From: Lingula anatina
Lineage: Eukaryota; Animalia; Brachiopoda
Length of the DNA stretch: 64,000 nt
Direction: 5' to 3'
Assembly (NCBI GenBank): GCA_051362555.1
Contig: CM120641.1
Span: 26,294,401 to 26,358,400, forward strand
Of this stretch, positions 18,301-31,295 are shown in pieces. Positions within the stretch are counted from its first letter, which is position 1. Each line of letters starts with the position of its first letter. The notes beneath the pieces were generated by a model, which did no database searches, had not been told where the DNA came from, and saw nothing but the letters and a program-made list of their open reading frames with translations. The position numbers were made by a program, and so were the translations under genes.

Positions 18301-20871
18301 TAATGAATTGAACCGAGGCCGGAGGTCCAGCTTTCTGTTTGATCAACTGACCACGTTGAATGGGACCATTGATGGGCCTGTCGAACATCGATAGGTTTGT
18401 GTTTGCGAACGTGTTGGGGCCACGGTTTTTTAAGCGACCAATTTCAAGATACAGGAACTGCTTAATTGAACCGTTTTATCAGAAAACCGCATTAAGTGTC
18501 CCCAAGCGCTCCTTTGACCCCCGCTGTTTTGGTTTTTCATTGTCCATCTTTTGTTGCCAGAGAGAAAAAAGGTTCGCCGTAAATTTCCACAATTTTATAT
18601 AAGAAAACATCATCGGAAATTTTAGGTTGATTTAGACACGCACAACGCCTGCTGGAAAAATTGAAAGAGAAATTAAGCCCTCGGGGGCAAGTGAAATGTA
18701 AGGTCAGAGTTAATCGGTAGTGAATAAAACACTGATGAGGAAGGTGCGTTTTTTTTTTCTGAAGTAAAACTGTAGTTTTAGTGATTTCTGTCCAATTCCA
18801 TGTGACCTCACAAGGGAAAGAGAATTATTCATGGAAATTGGGGCTATTTAGGCCCGTATGCTAAAACCTAAAATAACGGATTTAATATTCCCTAGCAAGA
18901 TTTAAATGGTGGTTCCCCGCTGGGGTTTTGCGGGTTACGAATAAGCTACACGTGTACTTCTGATCTAGCCTAAAGTCCGATATGCGGTTTGGTGCAGTAT
19001 GGGTTCTTGTTGTTTATGTTTATTTACTAGATTTATTACAAAATAGACTACAGCGTGTTTAAAAAAGCACCACCCCATTGTGTGTTTGATTTCCCATATT
19101 ACCCGATTCAAACTAACGCTCTGAGCTGCGGTTCTCGCCTTACGCCTGTTTATTTGTCTCGTATGAACTCACTATTCACCGATTTACTGATTAGTCCTTA
19201 AAGACGCATATGTTCATCCTGCGTTTGAAAGCACGATAATTTACCTTTTCTCAGTGCTAATATTATTCTCTCTGAAACTCATGATACAAAGCTTGCATTC
19301 CTTAAAGCACGGCCTCGCGGTTAGGGGCAAAACGAGGGGGGGCAAAAGAGATACGTCCCTCCCCCCCCCCCCCTCCCCACTCTGAAGTTCTCCCATTTAT
19401 TGTAAAGGATGGCTATTTTTAACCCTTTGTCCTCACCCCAGCCCAGCCCCACTACCCACCTTAACTCAACCTGGGGTTATGTGGAAAAATGACGTACATT
19501 TTGAACTTAGTGATCAAAACAACTGTATTAATTAATGTTTCCTAATTGGACATTTCTCAGATGTATCAGCAGATAGATATACGGAAAATACGATAATTTG
19601 ACTTTGCTGTCTGAACAGGAAAAATCGATAAGGAATGTTCAGTTGTTAATTTTTTTGTATATTTAGCTTACAAAGTTATATATTATAGTTTCAAATTTCC
19701 TTTATCCAGAACCTATTTTAATATGTTAAAGAGCAAAAAAAAAGTTATGGAAAAAAATCTCAACCTCAACGCCACCCCCCACCCTTGCCCCAGCCCCTCC
19801 CGCACCGCAAAAGTAAACGTCTTGTTCGTAAGTGTGCATGTTAGGTTATATTTAAATATATCTATATTCATTGGACCAGAAATCTATCAACAGGCAAGAG
19901 TTGATAGGGTTGGGGCAGAGTAAAAACTGGACGCTCGCTTTAATATGCTGGGTACCAGCTGCAGGGAGACCCAAGAAATAGTAACAATTGATGCCTTTTC
20001 CCTCGGGGAATTGGTTTCATTTACATTCACTGAAAATGAGGACATTTTGTAACTCGAATTCATTAATATTGCTCCATTCAATAATAGTGGCCAAGAGTCA
20101 AGAGAGAGATGGCGTTGTAGCAAATTATCTTTTGCGTGCAGTGTTTATAGTATGTCAGCGTCCACTACATCAATTCTGTAAGCACTCCGCCGTTGGTCGG
20201 CATCTGTGCTGCCAGACTGCTTCTCATACTTGAAATAATCAAGCACGAGGGCCAGACGTTTGAGAAAACGATAATGACGTTAAAAATACAAGCGGTTTAT
20301 GTTAATAAACGATGAGACACATAGATGTGTGCATCAACCTAAAGGCGCTTCTTTGTTTACGTATTTTTTTCTTCGTAGAAGGCAAGTCTTTACAATTGCA
20401 GCTAAAAGGTAGTTTCTAGTTTTCTCTCAATATTAATTTCTTTTTCTCATTGGAATTATGGGCCCTTTAAAAACTCTCAATGGTATAACAACATATTCTT
20501 GATGGTACATGTATTTATACTACTAGAATCAGCGATGGCCATATACATGTACCCTGATGCAATGTGCAACATTAACCCGAAGTACATGTAAGTATAGATA
20601 ATTGGGAAATAACCGGATTTTCAGACAAAGAAACATTACTTTGACAAGGTACCTTTGTTTTGTTTTTTGTTTTAATTTCTAAATGAAGTGTACGTATGTA
20701 AATATTACAGTTAAGTGTATGTAGTTCATAGCTCTACACCTTGATGTTTCAAACATATCAAAAAAATTGGATTGTGTAACACCAGATGACGGTCATTGAC
20801 CAAGCAGAAGATAACTCAGTAAAATCGCCCGCTCCATCCGGGATCGAAAGCTACGTAAAATTGCACTTTTC

Positions 20872-21830
20872 TTATGCAACTTTTCATATGGCCTGCGCTA
20901 TCAAACAGCCAATTATGGAATGAGTGCTTGCATCTCCTTGGCTGCGCAAACAACAGGGCAGAATGTTGATTAAATATAGCCCAAGCGTCCGTCTATATGG
21001 ATATTACGTTGTATCGTGTTTTAGAATCAGTTGTTACATGATATGGCAGGCCCCGGTTGTTTTGAGGCCCAGTCGATTTACTGTGCCATATTACGTGACC
21101 ACCACAAAGGCTGTGTTCGGGTGTTTTCATTTGGGTTGCACAAGTCCAGACTGGCTTTACGCAATCTACGTTTATCTTTCTCTCCTTCTTAGACCCCGGC
21201 TATAGAGAAATGGTTCGCGGATGGTCTCGTATCGACGGGATTATGCAAGATTTTGTTAGACTTCAATCAATGACGGGAGAAACTCGGTTGATAGGGCAAA
21301 CGCTAGTTACGTAACGGAACGCAACGCCTGATTGAGTTCAACTGTCTGTATGAAACGGTTTTGTCGCGGTCGCCGTATACATGATCGACTCTGCAAACAC
21401 TTGAACTGACATACAGGGTTGCAGTTTTAAGGGCTGTCCGTTCCCTAACCTCTGCACGGTCGTCCTACCACATAATATATATTTGTATGTAAATGGACTG
21501 AGAAACTTACATCGATTATGTAATATTTGCCTCGCGATTTCAGCCATTACGTCATCCTGAAGACGGGGTGAATCATTTCGCTCGTTAAAGGTCGAAGGGG
21601 AGAAGGGTTCGGGGTCAGCAGCCTTTTCTTTTTTTGGTGAGGAGAAATGTGCTTGTTGTTCATTCCTCAACCAAGCAGTTATATAGTCAGATATTTCTGA
21701 TTTTTCTTTTTATTCACAACGCGCTTATTCAAGCGGTCTTCACAAAGCGGCTATGGACCCTTTATCCCCTTTGCCCTCCCCCGAAATTCCATACTGCCCG
21801 GCTGGTCTGATGTTAGAGTGATTATGCAAT
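20872..21830. promoter_or_regulatory. Homotypic PAR/D-box (TTAYGYAA) cluster, candidate 3' enhancer of the bZIP gene
   Basis: Six perfect sites in under 1 kb: 20872, 21157, 21241, 21307 (palindromic GTTACGTAAC), 21516, 21822, plus ATTACGTCAT at 21546. Confidence 0.6.
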
Positions 21831-22953
21831 TCCGCCTCATTCGTAGACTGGGACGACAAAATGCAGGGCAGAGAGGGCTTGACTTTTTGGCACACTGCCC
21901 GGTTTTTCTGTTAACGGCGGTCATTCTCTTTCCTTGTCCTTAACCTCCTCAGTTATTTTTAGATTTATGTCCAACGATAAATGAATGAATAAGAATATTT
22001 TTTTAAAAATGGACTTCAATGCAAGCTTGAAAATTTTGAGAATGATGGTCAATGTTGTAAAGTTATTTTGTATTGAGTTTGATGCTGCTGTTTAATGACA
22101 CATGAAAAGACTCGAAATGTTAAAGAATATTTGTTATCGTCAGTAAAATTGGCGTAAGCGTATGTCTTTTGATAATTTCAATATGATTAATTTTTAATTT
22201 ATGCTGTTTATTATAATCCTTTACAGAAAGCTCCAGTCTCCATAGCCGTAACAATAAAAATCAAATCCCTTTTCTTCGTGTAAATAATACATACAAATAC
22301 GGGTGTATTTAAAAGCATTTTTCTCCGTAAATTAACATCAATTAACCTATCCATCTTCACTCCTCTCTGTGAATTTGTAAAATCCAATTCATGGGGTCGG
22401 TATAATTCTTTGTATGGTTTGTGAAAGTTGAAGAGCCGTTTCCCACATTCAAAGAGGGTCAAAAAGTCAAGAGACGGGTCAGCGTGTCGTTCACAGCCAG
22501 CTAGATATTCAACACAAAGAAACTCCGGCAGTTAAACTTTAAAATGATGTCACGTACCTTGCTCTTCGATTAAGTACGAATAAAAATGATACTATGACAT
22601 TGAAAGAATATAGTACTGTTACTCTGAAGTACTATGCTTGATAGTGGATATTACTAGAAACGCTGCAGGTTATAAATATACCGCGCATACAAATCGATTT
22701 TTTCACGACAAATTGAACCACAGTTCTCAAGAACTCGGGGGATTTTCTAAAATATATGATGCACCTTTTACAAAAATAAGAACACTTTTGGCGTCTATAG
22801 GGAAGGTTGTACTCGTTGAATACACTTCTGTTCCAAAAGGGTTTTGTAGTCCATTTCGTCACTGCTAAACCGAGGGAATTCATTTGTGCCTTAAAGCTAA
22901 GTGATTTACAATCAGTTTTCCGGAGGCAAAATCAGAAACTCAGTAGCTCTGGA

Positions 22954-23149
22954 GGTTAATTTTCCATTAAAAGCATTGTTATTCAAATACCAAGACTGAT
23001 TTTTTTAATGGCACAATACTTCCTAATTTTAATTTCACATTTATAACGTTTAGGTTAATTTTTCATTAAAAGCATTGTTATTCAAATTTCAACTGATTTT
23101 TTTTTAAATGGCACAATACTTCCTTATTTCAATATCACATTTATAACGT
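22954..23149 (+). repeat. ~98 bp tandem dimer
   Basis: GGTTAATTTT.CATTAAAAGCATTGTTATTCAAAT...AATGGCACAATACTTCCT...CACATTTATAACGT occurs twice. Confidence 0.9.
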
Positions 23150-25209
23150 AAGCTATTTAGTCGTACTGGCCATTAACACTGCAGTTTGGTGCACTGTCAT
23201 TTACCAGTACGTGTGGTTATTAAATGTCAGTTAATGTTTCTGTGGTAACGCCAATAAATCGGTGTGTTCATGAGAAATGCTTTTACTGTGACATATTTCA
23301 AAGGCAGGTGGCGGGGAACAATCAAATGAAAAAGAGAAAATCGCCGGATGATCGTGAAACACGTAATAAGATTACTTGAATGTAAAAAGATGACTCACAC
23401 TGCCCAGTTGTTTCTGTGGTTTAGAAAAAGCAGAATTGGTTTGTTTTTCGGACCACAACCGTGCACTTAAAAGCTCTCTAGGTGTCCCTCTCTAAGTACA
23501 GGTTCAAAACAAGCTTATATTTTTTTAATGATACACAGTAGGGTTAATTAAATCTACAATAAACACATTTAAGTCCTTGAATCCCCGTAAATATATTTAA
23601 AAATAAAATTTAAAAGTACACTAGACAATTTTAGTGCTAATATGACCTCACGATTATTTTTCAATTCACGGTTTATTAAGATATATCAATCTCAGATAAA
23701 AACGATTTCTGTGTTGATGAGAGACATTTGTACAACACTAAAGGTCTTATTTTCAAGGTCTATTTTTAGGACGGCTATCTCCATCCGTATGTCAACCTTA
23801 TCTGGAATTATGGATTTTAATTTTTTTTTTTTTTTTTTGCGTTAAGTTAGCGTAATATTTACGATTTCCTTCTCAGTAGCATATGACACACTCTCTTAAC
23901 AGCGTCCTCCTTTTTTTCATTAAAAATACAAAGATAACTTTAAAGTAATAAATGATTTTATTTATTATTTCTAGTAGACACGATATCTACAGCCTAGCTA
24001 CCCTTACTACATTAAAACAAAACGAAAATCCCTCTGATGAGAAACAGACAATATCTGTACCATGTGGTAACTTCACTTTAGGTAAGGCTTGAACAAAAAT
24101 AGGTTTCCGGATCTTGGAGACCAAGTACCTATACAAGTAAAAATTAATGTGCCAAAGCCGAATCCGTTTAGTCCCCACTCTGGAGATTGTATCTCTAGAT
24201 AACTACACATGTAGTTTAAGATATTGGCAACAGAGTGAAAAAAAACTTATGATATTTTCTCAAGAGATAATTTTAGAGCAACAAGTCTTAAATGTAATAT
24301 TCAAATATTGTGTCTACTTATATCTGTACCTTTTAAAAACATATGACTAGTAAGAGTAAGGAACTGATACTGCTAAGAGTTTAACAAGTACCTACCAAAC
24401 ATTTTAATAATAACACATATAAAAATATATACAGGGTTTTAAGACCTTTTAAAAGGTCGTATAACTTCTCAAGTTACATCCTATTTTGTTGGATTATATA
24501 TGGCATATATATGAAAATTCATTTTCATTTTACCTTGAATAAGGGAAAATGTATATAATAATAAGTTACTCCTGAGTTTTTTTTTAGAAATGTTCTGAGG
24601 TAGCAAGAGAGGTAGATCAAGTTTGCGAGAATTCCTGAGATTTCTTTTGACGCCTGTATCATTTTAAAGTTTGTGCAAGCCTTCCTTCTGAAGAGTTCAA
24701 GGATATCAGAAGATGAAACCCTGATCAAAAGAGTGGGTTGGACAGTTAATCCAAGAGTGTGCGAGATATGAGAATAACAATCAGTATAATAACAAAAAAT
24801 AATACCTGTTTGTTGTCAGTTCCTGAGTGTTAAGTGGACCTTGAAGACTAAAACTTCTTTAGCAGCCTAAAATGCGCCACACATGTTAGGTCCTCGGGTT
24901 AAGAAATGTTCAGAATATGTTCATCTTTCACCCAACTATAAATTGTGTCAAGGATTATTTGTCAAAATCGCGGAACATTTGTATGAGATTGTTCTCGGTC
25001 ATTCACGCGTGGCCTCCCTCCATTTTCACCATCGTTGCTTGGCAACACTTAAAATTATGGAACTTGTTCAGATCTATACCGTTTCGAACGTTTTATAGTT
25101 TGTTTTTTTTTTTTTGTCACAATATCTATACTCCGTCAACATTTGGCATTTTGAGTTGCACTACTGTTCTACTTTGCACCATTATGAAAAAAAAAATACA
25201 ATCCACTGC

Positions 25210-26133
25210 TCACGAACAGGATCTGCTGTACAACATGTAGTGAAGTTTGGCAGTTTCATTTTTCAATATGGCGACTTGTGCTCTCAGTTTAAGATTTTCT
25301 TGTTCTAAAAATGCCGCTCGCATGGCAATTTCTTCCTCTTTTGCTCTCCTGGCATCTCTTGATCTCTTCGCTGCCTCGTTGTTCTTCCGTCTCCTTTCCC
25401 AGTAGGCCTCGTCCTTTTTCTCCTCTCCGGGAAAAGCGCCCAATTTTGCTCTTTTCGCTGAACCACATTCAGAGTCCGAGTCCCCCGAACTGAGAGCCCC
25501 GTTGGATGTGACGGAGGTGGATGGTACCGACAGCTGTGTTCCCAGCACCGGGGACGTTGACACGGGCGAGGACGACGACGAGACGTTAGTCGTAGTCGCT
25601 GCTGTTGATGATGTGGTGTTAGTAGTACTATTTCCTGAGGTGTTACTTCGTCGTCGACGGTTGAAGTAATTGTTGAGTGGGGATGACAGCATAGCACTGT
25701 CCAGAAGACCGGGAGCAAGTCCGTATGGCATAGTAGCGGCTGCATACGCATTGTACAACTCCGACCCTGCCGCCGCTGCCAGGGGATTCGATGCAAACAT
25801 TGGCATATGTTCGAATGGATACACTTTAAATGGACGCATTCCTGATGGGTCTCCCTCGCCAGAGCCATTTTCCTGTCCAGGAGACAATTGTGGCGGAGAT
25901 TTGTCTCCTCTCCCACTGGGAGACATTTTCGGGGTTTTAAGAGGCTTGACGGTAGCAACGGTGGACGCTTCTCGCTCCTCCTGATGACCGTCAGAGACGG
26001 ACGCCGAGCGACTACTTTCACCGTCCGAATTGGATAAACTTGGTGACGGACTGGGTGGTACATCCTCCCGTTTCTCTAAAGCTGTTTTAGAAAAGTCCAA
26101 CGCCATCTCGGCCGTGCTTGCCACAGTCGCCAT
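25210..26133 (-). CDS. PAR-family bZIP transcription factor, Giant/CES-2-like (307 aa, intronless CDS)
   Basis: C-terminal PAR-type basic region and zipper [64 protein letters not shown]; RPFKVYP resembles Giant RPFKAYP; N-terminal ALDFS resembles a PxDLS CtBP motif. ATG at 26133 is in strong context (AAACATGG); the ORF-track start at 26157 is a GTG. Confidence 0.93.
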   Translation of the reverse strand: MATVASTAEMALDFSKTALEKREDVPPSPSPSLSNSDGESSRSASVSDGHQEEREASTVATVKPLKTPKMSPSGRGDKSPPQLSPGQENGSGEGDPSGMRPFKVYPFEHMPMFASNPLAAAAGSELYNAYAAATMPYGLAPGLLDSAMLSSPLNNYFNRRRRSNTSGNSTTNTTSSTAATTTNVSSSSSPVSTSPVLGTQLSVPSTSVTSNGALSSGDSDSECGSAKRAKLGAFPGEEKKDEAYWERRRKNNEAAKRSRDARRAKEEEIAMRAAFLEQENLKLRAQVAILKNETAKLHYMLYSRSCS

Positions 26134-26160
26134 GTTTATTCTTCTGTTGAACTTCACGAT

Positions 26161-26500
26161 CTGTTACATAAAAATGTAGTGAAGATTACGCCACTCGCTT
26201 GACTATTTCTACGAATAACAGCTAGCCCCAAACACGCGTTGATTAAATTAATTCATGACAACTGTACCGCATTATCTTCAGCGGAAAATAAACACTACAA
26301 GCAAACGTTACTCTGCTTGAGTACCTTGTGGTTTTATTAATACTGTGCGAACGTAGATATTTAAAGTACAACGTACTCGCTTTAAACTTACCGCGTCCTG
26401 TCTATCTGAGATTTTAGTTTGACGCTGAATGTAAAGGTGGACTCCGTCTTCATGAACCCCACCAACGCGTGCCTTCCACGGAGTGCGGTGGATGAAATGA
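26161..26500 (-). other. Predicted 5'UTR intron (26161-26391) and first exon (~26392-26500) of the bZIP gene
   Basis: Minus-strand donor CG|GTAAGT at 26392/26391; acceptor TTTTTATGTAACAG| at 26161/26160; Inr-like TCATTTC near 26500. Confidence 0.6.
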
Positions 26501-26800
26501 ATCGATAGTTATGGGAAGCAGTTTTCGTAACCTCCGCAATCCTGTTACCTCATATTAGCTGGGAAGATGACATGAACCTCCCTTCAGCGCGCTTAACTTA
26601 TCTCCCTTTTCTTCCCTCTCATTGGACAGCCTCGACCACTCGTGGTTCAGCTCGCCAATCATGGCAGCGACCCCATTATTTTCATCTTGCGTAATATGCC
26701 AGTCATTTGCGGAAGGCTGTGGTTCACATATAGTTCAGTATGCGCGGTGCTGGCCTCTGCATCTGATTTGCATAGCGTGGTGGTGTAATATTAACGTTGG
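26490..26800 (-). promoter_or_regulatory. Proximal promoter of the PAR-bZIP gene (Inr-like site, two CCAAT boxes, PAR/D-box site)
   Basis: ATTGG at 26621, CCAAT at 26656, TTGCGTAAT at 26687; CpG-rich; immediately upstream of the predicted first exon. Confidence 0.5.
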
Positions 26801-28620
26801 GTCGCGAAGAGCTGCGGTTTATCAATAAAGTCCAAGCCGATGAATACTGACAAAAATGCTTCCGCTTAACTAAAGGACTGGGCTCGTTTTAAAAACCGTA
26901 CGGCTGTGTGGGAAGTATATTGAATTTCACAGGTTACTCGTTACAAAAACAATATTCGTTTTACATCACTTCAGTGTTGATTATCTTTTGAATGAGCCAG
27001 ATAAGAAACCGAGTGATTAAATGAATTAATATTCTGAGAAATTATCTGATTAAGACGAAATCGTCTTTTCGCTGTCTCTTGTTACATGAATGTGACGAGG
27101 AAATGAATTTACACGGTGCGTGTTGCGGTGGCAGTCTTGTTTGGCCAAAATAACGATAAACAAAAATGATAAAGTGTTGATGGTCAGCCTAAAACTGCAT
27201 CAGTATTGCGTGTTTACCGACATTCGATGTCGGTACCACTTTTTTTTTCAGCTTCATCCTCGAAATTACAATGCATCAGCACATTACCAGATGTGACATC
27301 AATAAATGTTGAATCGTTATATTTTAATCCAAAAATATTTACATTTATTATTTACACCCTTGAAGTAGACAGCCGTTCATTTAGAAATGAAACTGGTACC
27401 ATTTTGTTGCAGATTGCAGGATTCGATGGCCAAATGTTCTCGGTGACCTGGCCGTTTTTAATTATCTTTTGCGAGCCAAGATGTTTCTGGTGACAGTCCC
27501 ACGACGATCCCTAACTTGGTATGTGGTGACAACATGGGGGATTATTACGACATTAGGATATCTTCACTTTTTCCCCATGCCTATCTTTAACGTATCAAAA
27601 GTTACTTATGTAAATTGCATCTAAATTACTGAGCACACTAAATATGTTAATGTGCATTGTTTAAGCTGGCACTGATACTATGGTCTAGGGAGTTGATAAA
27701 AGACGTAGATACAGATTATTATATAAGTTTTAAGATATTCGATTACATAATAGTCTTGAAGACTGCTCGTCATCCACAATGACTTGGTCAACAACATGTG
27801 GGAAGTCACGCAATGTAAAACATCGGATCGTTTTCCTGCTGTTAATGGCAGCATTCCATGTCGTATTTTTTCCTAAACATTTATCTTCTTTGTTGAATCA
27901 TTATGCAGTGGCCACTGAAGACCAGTCATATCCTTCTATTCAATTATGTTTATGCTGAAGGTCGAATATGTTATGCTTTTTTCAGTTGCATTGACCCACG
28001 TGTTACCGTCCAGTGAAAAATCGTTGTTGTTATGCAAGGGTGATTTTTTTTTTTTCAGTTTTCAGTGAACTGAGGCTTGTTTCCTCCCTTCAAGGTCTCC
28101 TAAAAATCCATCTAAACAAAGACACCTCGGCTGTTTCCCTGGTCATCGTTTCTTGAGGGAGGAACTAGACGCTCGCTATGCGTCAGCCATATCGCACCCG
28201 TACAACCAGCCTCTTCTACAAATCCCTTGGGTCAGACGCATATATCACGATGACACGGAAATTGTCTGTCTGGATTCTCGACTACATGTATGATTGGCAA
28301 TTGTCTTGCGTTTTTTAGTTGTAGTTGTTGATTGTTTTCATCTTTTAAATCGCAAATTAATGGGTCTGTATGTATAGTCTGTAAACCTTGCTGTTTACTT
28401 TATTTTACAAAATCCCATTAATAGAGCTTAAATGATTACCTTTGGGATGTACCCTCTAAGAATTTGAACAGGGTAGCTTTTTGTCTTTTAATTTTTTCTT
28501 TTTTGTTTGCTGGTGAACTCGTTTCTTTTATATTTTACTTTTTTTTACAAAAAGGCCTAGGAAATTTTGGGAGGCTTTAAGCGGCATTTTTAAATGTCAA
28601 AAAAATCTGCAAATTACAGG

Positions 28621-28667
28621 TTATAGATGCATAACAATAAACTTTATTTATTGTTATGCATCTATAA
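28621..28667. repeat. Perfect 21-bp inverted repeat with 5-nt loop
   Basis: TTATAGATGCATAACAATAAA-cttta-TTTATTGTTATGCATCTATAA. Confidence 0.9.
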
Positions 28668-31236
28668 TTAAAGTCCGTTTTTCTTTTTAACTGACGCATC
28701 TGTGTGTCACCTTAACATGATTCACCTACAAGTATTCATTTACTGTCCATTTCCAGCGTGTCCGAGACAAAGCAGATTCTGCAAAGATATGCAGACGACA
28801 TTTAGCGCTGAAACAACGACACGACATTTTGTGTGCACCAGTTACATGGCACCGACGTGGCATCTTATCGGAGAGAATAATATATCTCGCCTCCCCATCT
28901 CTCGTGTAGGATGATCTCAATTTTTCTGCTGAGTTATGTAATTTTTTTTCGTTTCCCGCCCCTCCCAGTCCGGTTAGTGATGCCGGTGTCGTAATAATTA
29001 TCCCATTAAAGCCAAAAACAAATACAATTGGCCAAAAGTATCGGCCTCAAAATTGCAGCTCAACATGCGTTTTGGTAATCACACTTTGTAATTTCATTTT
29101 TATCTTTCGAGTTGGGTGCTTTTATGAGTCAGGAATCACATTATGACGGTGGGCCCTGGCTCATTTTTTAGTTTAATAAAGTGCTCCACGACCGCGGCTT
29201 GACCGCTCACACCGACTGATGATTCTTACAGTGGTATAGGGATAGTGTAACAAAATGCTCTGACCTTTGGAAAACGAAGCCAGAGTGCCTACTTACAACC
29301 ATTGAGCCTTTTTCGACCTTATTATAATTAAAAACAATCATTTTTACATGACATTTTAAAACCATTATCTTTGTTCCATTGGACAAAATGAAATTCGCGC
29401 CTAGAATGTTTTTCATTTTCTTGGTTCCTTGAATGCCTTTCAGATGATACGGTCACTTCCAACTGACCATATCTTATGCTATTTAGGGACCAATTTGCTG
29501 TGCAACATTTCTTGACTTTTCATTTGTTTCGGGCGTCATATTTACATTTTTGCTTTATCGTCATTGATCTAGTGGCTTTCTCCCTTGAGAGAATTAACCA
29601 AATGTATGAAAGTCGCACAGTCATTGACCATTCATTTGTTTTCCGGATACGAATGTAACATTTGTTGCCCGCACGTTATTTTCCAGGCTTTATGACTTAT
29701 TAAAAGAAACAAATCGCTGATTTTACGTAAGATTTGCGTGTAGCATTATTTATTCAGAAAAGGCAGGAACTGATTTCGCCTGCTTCTTTGATGTCAGCTA
29801 CGATCATATGCAGCCAAAAATATCATATAGCTCGGAATTACTCTTGGATGTTTTTTTTTAGTTTTCCTGTTTCCCCATAAAAACAAGGATATACCTTCAA
29901 CCCAAAGCTGTTTATGACTTAAATGCCATAACGACTGTTCACCTATACGCTCACAGGGGTCAAAAAGTCATAGTGACGGATAAAAACATATCACCATTCT
30001 AGAAAGCATCATGCATGTATTCTGTTATGATATTTTGCTCGAGTGCACTTGCGCTGTGACCTTTCATATTTACGTTAAAAGGAAAGAAACCTCATTATAA
30101 TTCATAGAAACCCAGTGCACTTTTAAATATTGTTTACTAGTTCAAGTGACTCCAGTGCAAACTAAAATTCAGTAAGTCTCTCCCCAGTGAAGTGCTTTTT
30201 TCAGTAAAAATTACTGAAAATGAAGATCGGTCGTGAAGGGTAATCTGCAGGATTGAAAGATAAGAGGATCAAAATTAATGTAACATTGATAGCATATAGT
30301 TTTAAAAGATACAATGAATAGATAGCTGTTAAGAGGTTTGATATCAAACGTGGCAGTTAATAGTATTTAACCATTAGCATCAGGTCCCACGCAACTGAAT
30401 GCATGTACTCCCCTTTTGTGGCATTCAATGCAGTTTAACGTGACTTACTTGGCTGTTTACGAATTTGCATCAATTACTGCAAGACTTGTAATAAAAAAAC
30501 ACGTCCCTGAATAAACGAGTAAATAAATCTTATTTTCATCACTACTTCGCTATGTTATACTAAGATGAAAGAACAATGAGGTATGACAAAGTAAGTACAA
30601 AATATTATGTAAAACTTATCTTCAGTTTATCGAATGCGGGTCTTTTTCTTCATTACTTTGTTTTAACATTTTTCATCTTCATTTTTATTCGTCAAGCTTT
30701 TTATGGATAGGAATATGGGGTTGTTGTGCGAAGCAGTGCAATATTGATACGGATGAAGATAAAGACTGCCCCCACTAAAGCCATTCCACGCGTTCCCTCT
30801 ACGATCCATATATATGACACATCGTTGGTCTGTTTTTTTCCCTCTCGTCCACCCGCAGGTTATGCATATTGCATGACTCCAAACTATGTAAGTCAGTAGG
30901 GCGATCAGTCAACGTAGTTCACATAATATTATCTTGTGGTTGCAGTAACCTTTTTCACCTTGACCGGGCTTTAGTCCCCTTGTCTGGCTTTGATGGATGG
31001 AGTTTCCTTTAATTGGATTTGCGCCTGTCGTTTTTTATGATGCAATGTTTAAAACAACCTAGGTTCAGCTGTGTGCCGAAGGGAATCATTGGACTTTTTA
31101 ACTGTATTCATTATCCACGTCGCCCATAATCAACAAAAACATTTATGTATTTAGTTTCAATTCATTTTCAAGTGAAGAGATAGAAGTGGGTAGAAGTGAT
31201 ATAATCTTAAAATTCGGTTTCTTATCTCCAACGTTT

Positions 31237-31295
31237 TTATCCTGGAATACATGTACATTTTATCCTGGAATACATATACACCTTTATCCTGGAAT
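31237..31295 (+). repeat. Minisatellite, 3 x ~23 bp
   Basis: TTTATCCTGGAATA occurs three times in tandem. Confidence 0.8.

Noticed and set aside
14700-25100. Hidden coding exons or RNA genes in the desert around the bZIP (also 26800-43600)
   Set aside because: I found no phase-consistent exon chain, protein motif, tRNA cloverleaf or rRNA/snRNA signature; small ncRNAs cannot be excluded without an Infernal/Rfam search.
25305-26063. 252-aa alternative-frame ORF and + strand ORFs overlapping the bZIP
   Set aside because: Shadow frames of a GC-rich, Ser/Thr-rich CDS with no recognisable domain.
26134-26157. N-terminal extension MKFNRRIN of the bZIP given by the ORF track
   Set aside because: It begins at a GTG just after a splice acceptor; the first ATG (26133) has strong Kozak context.
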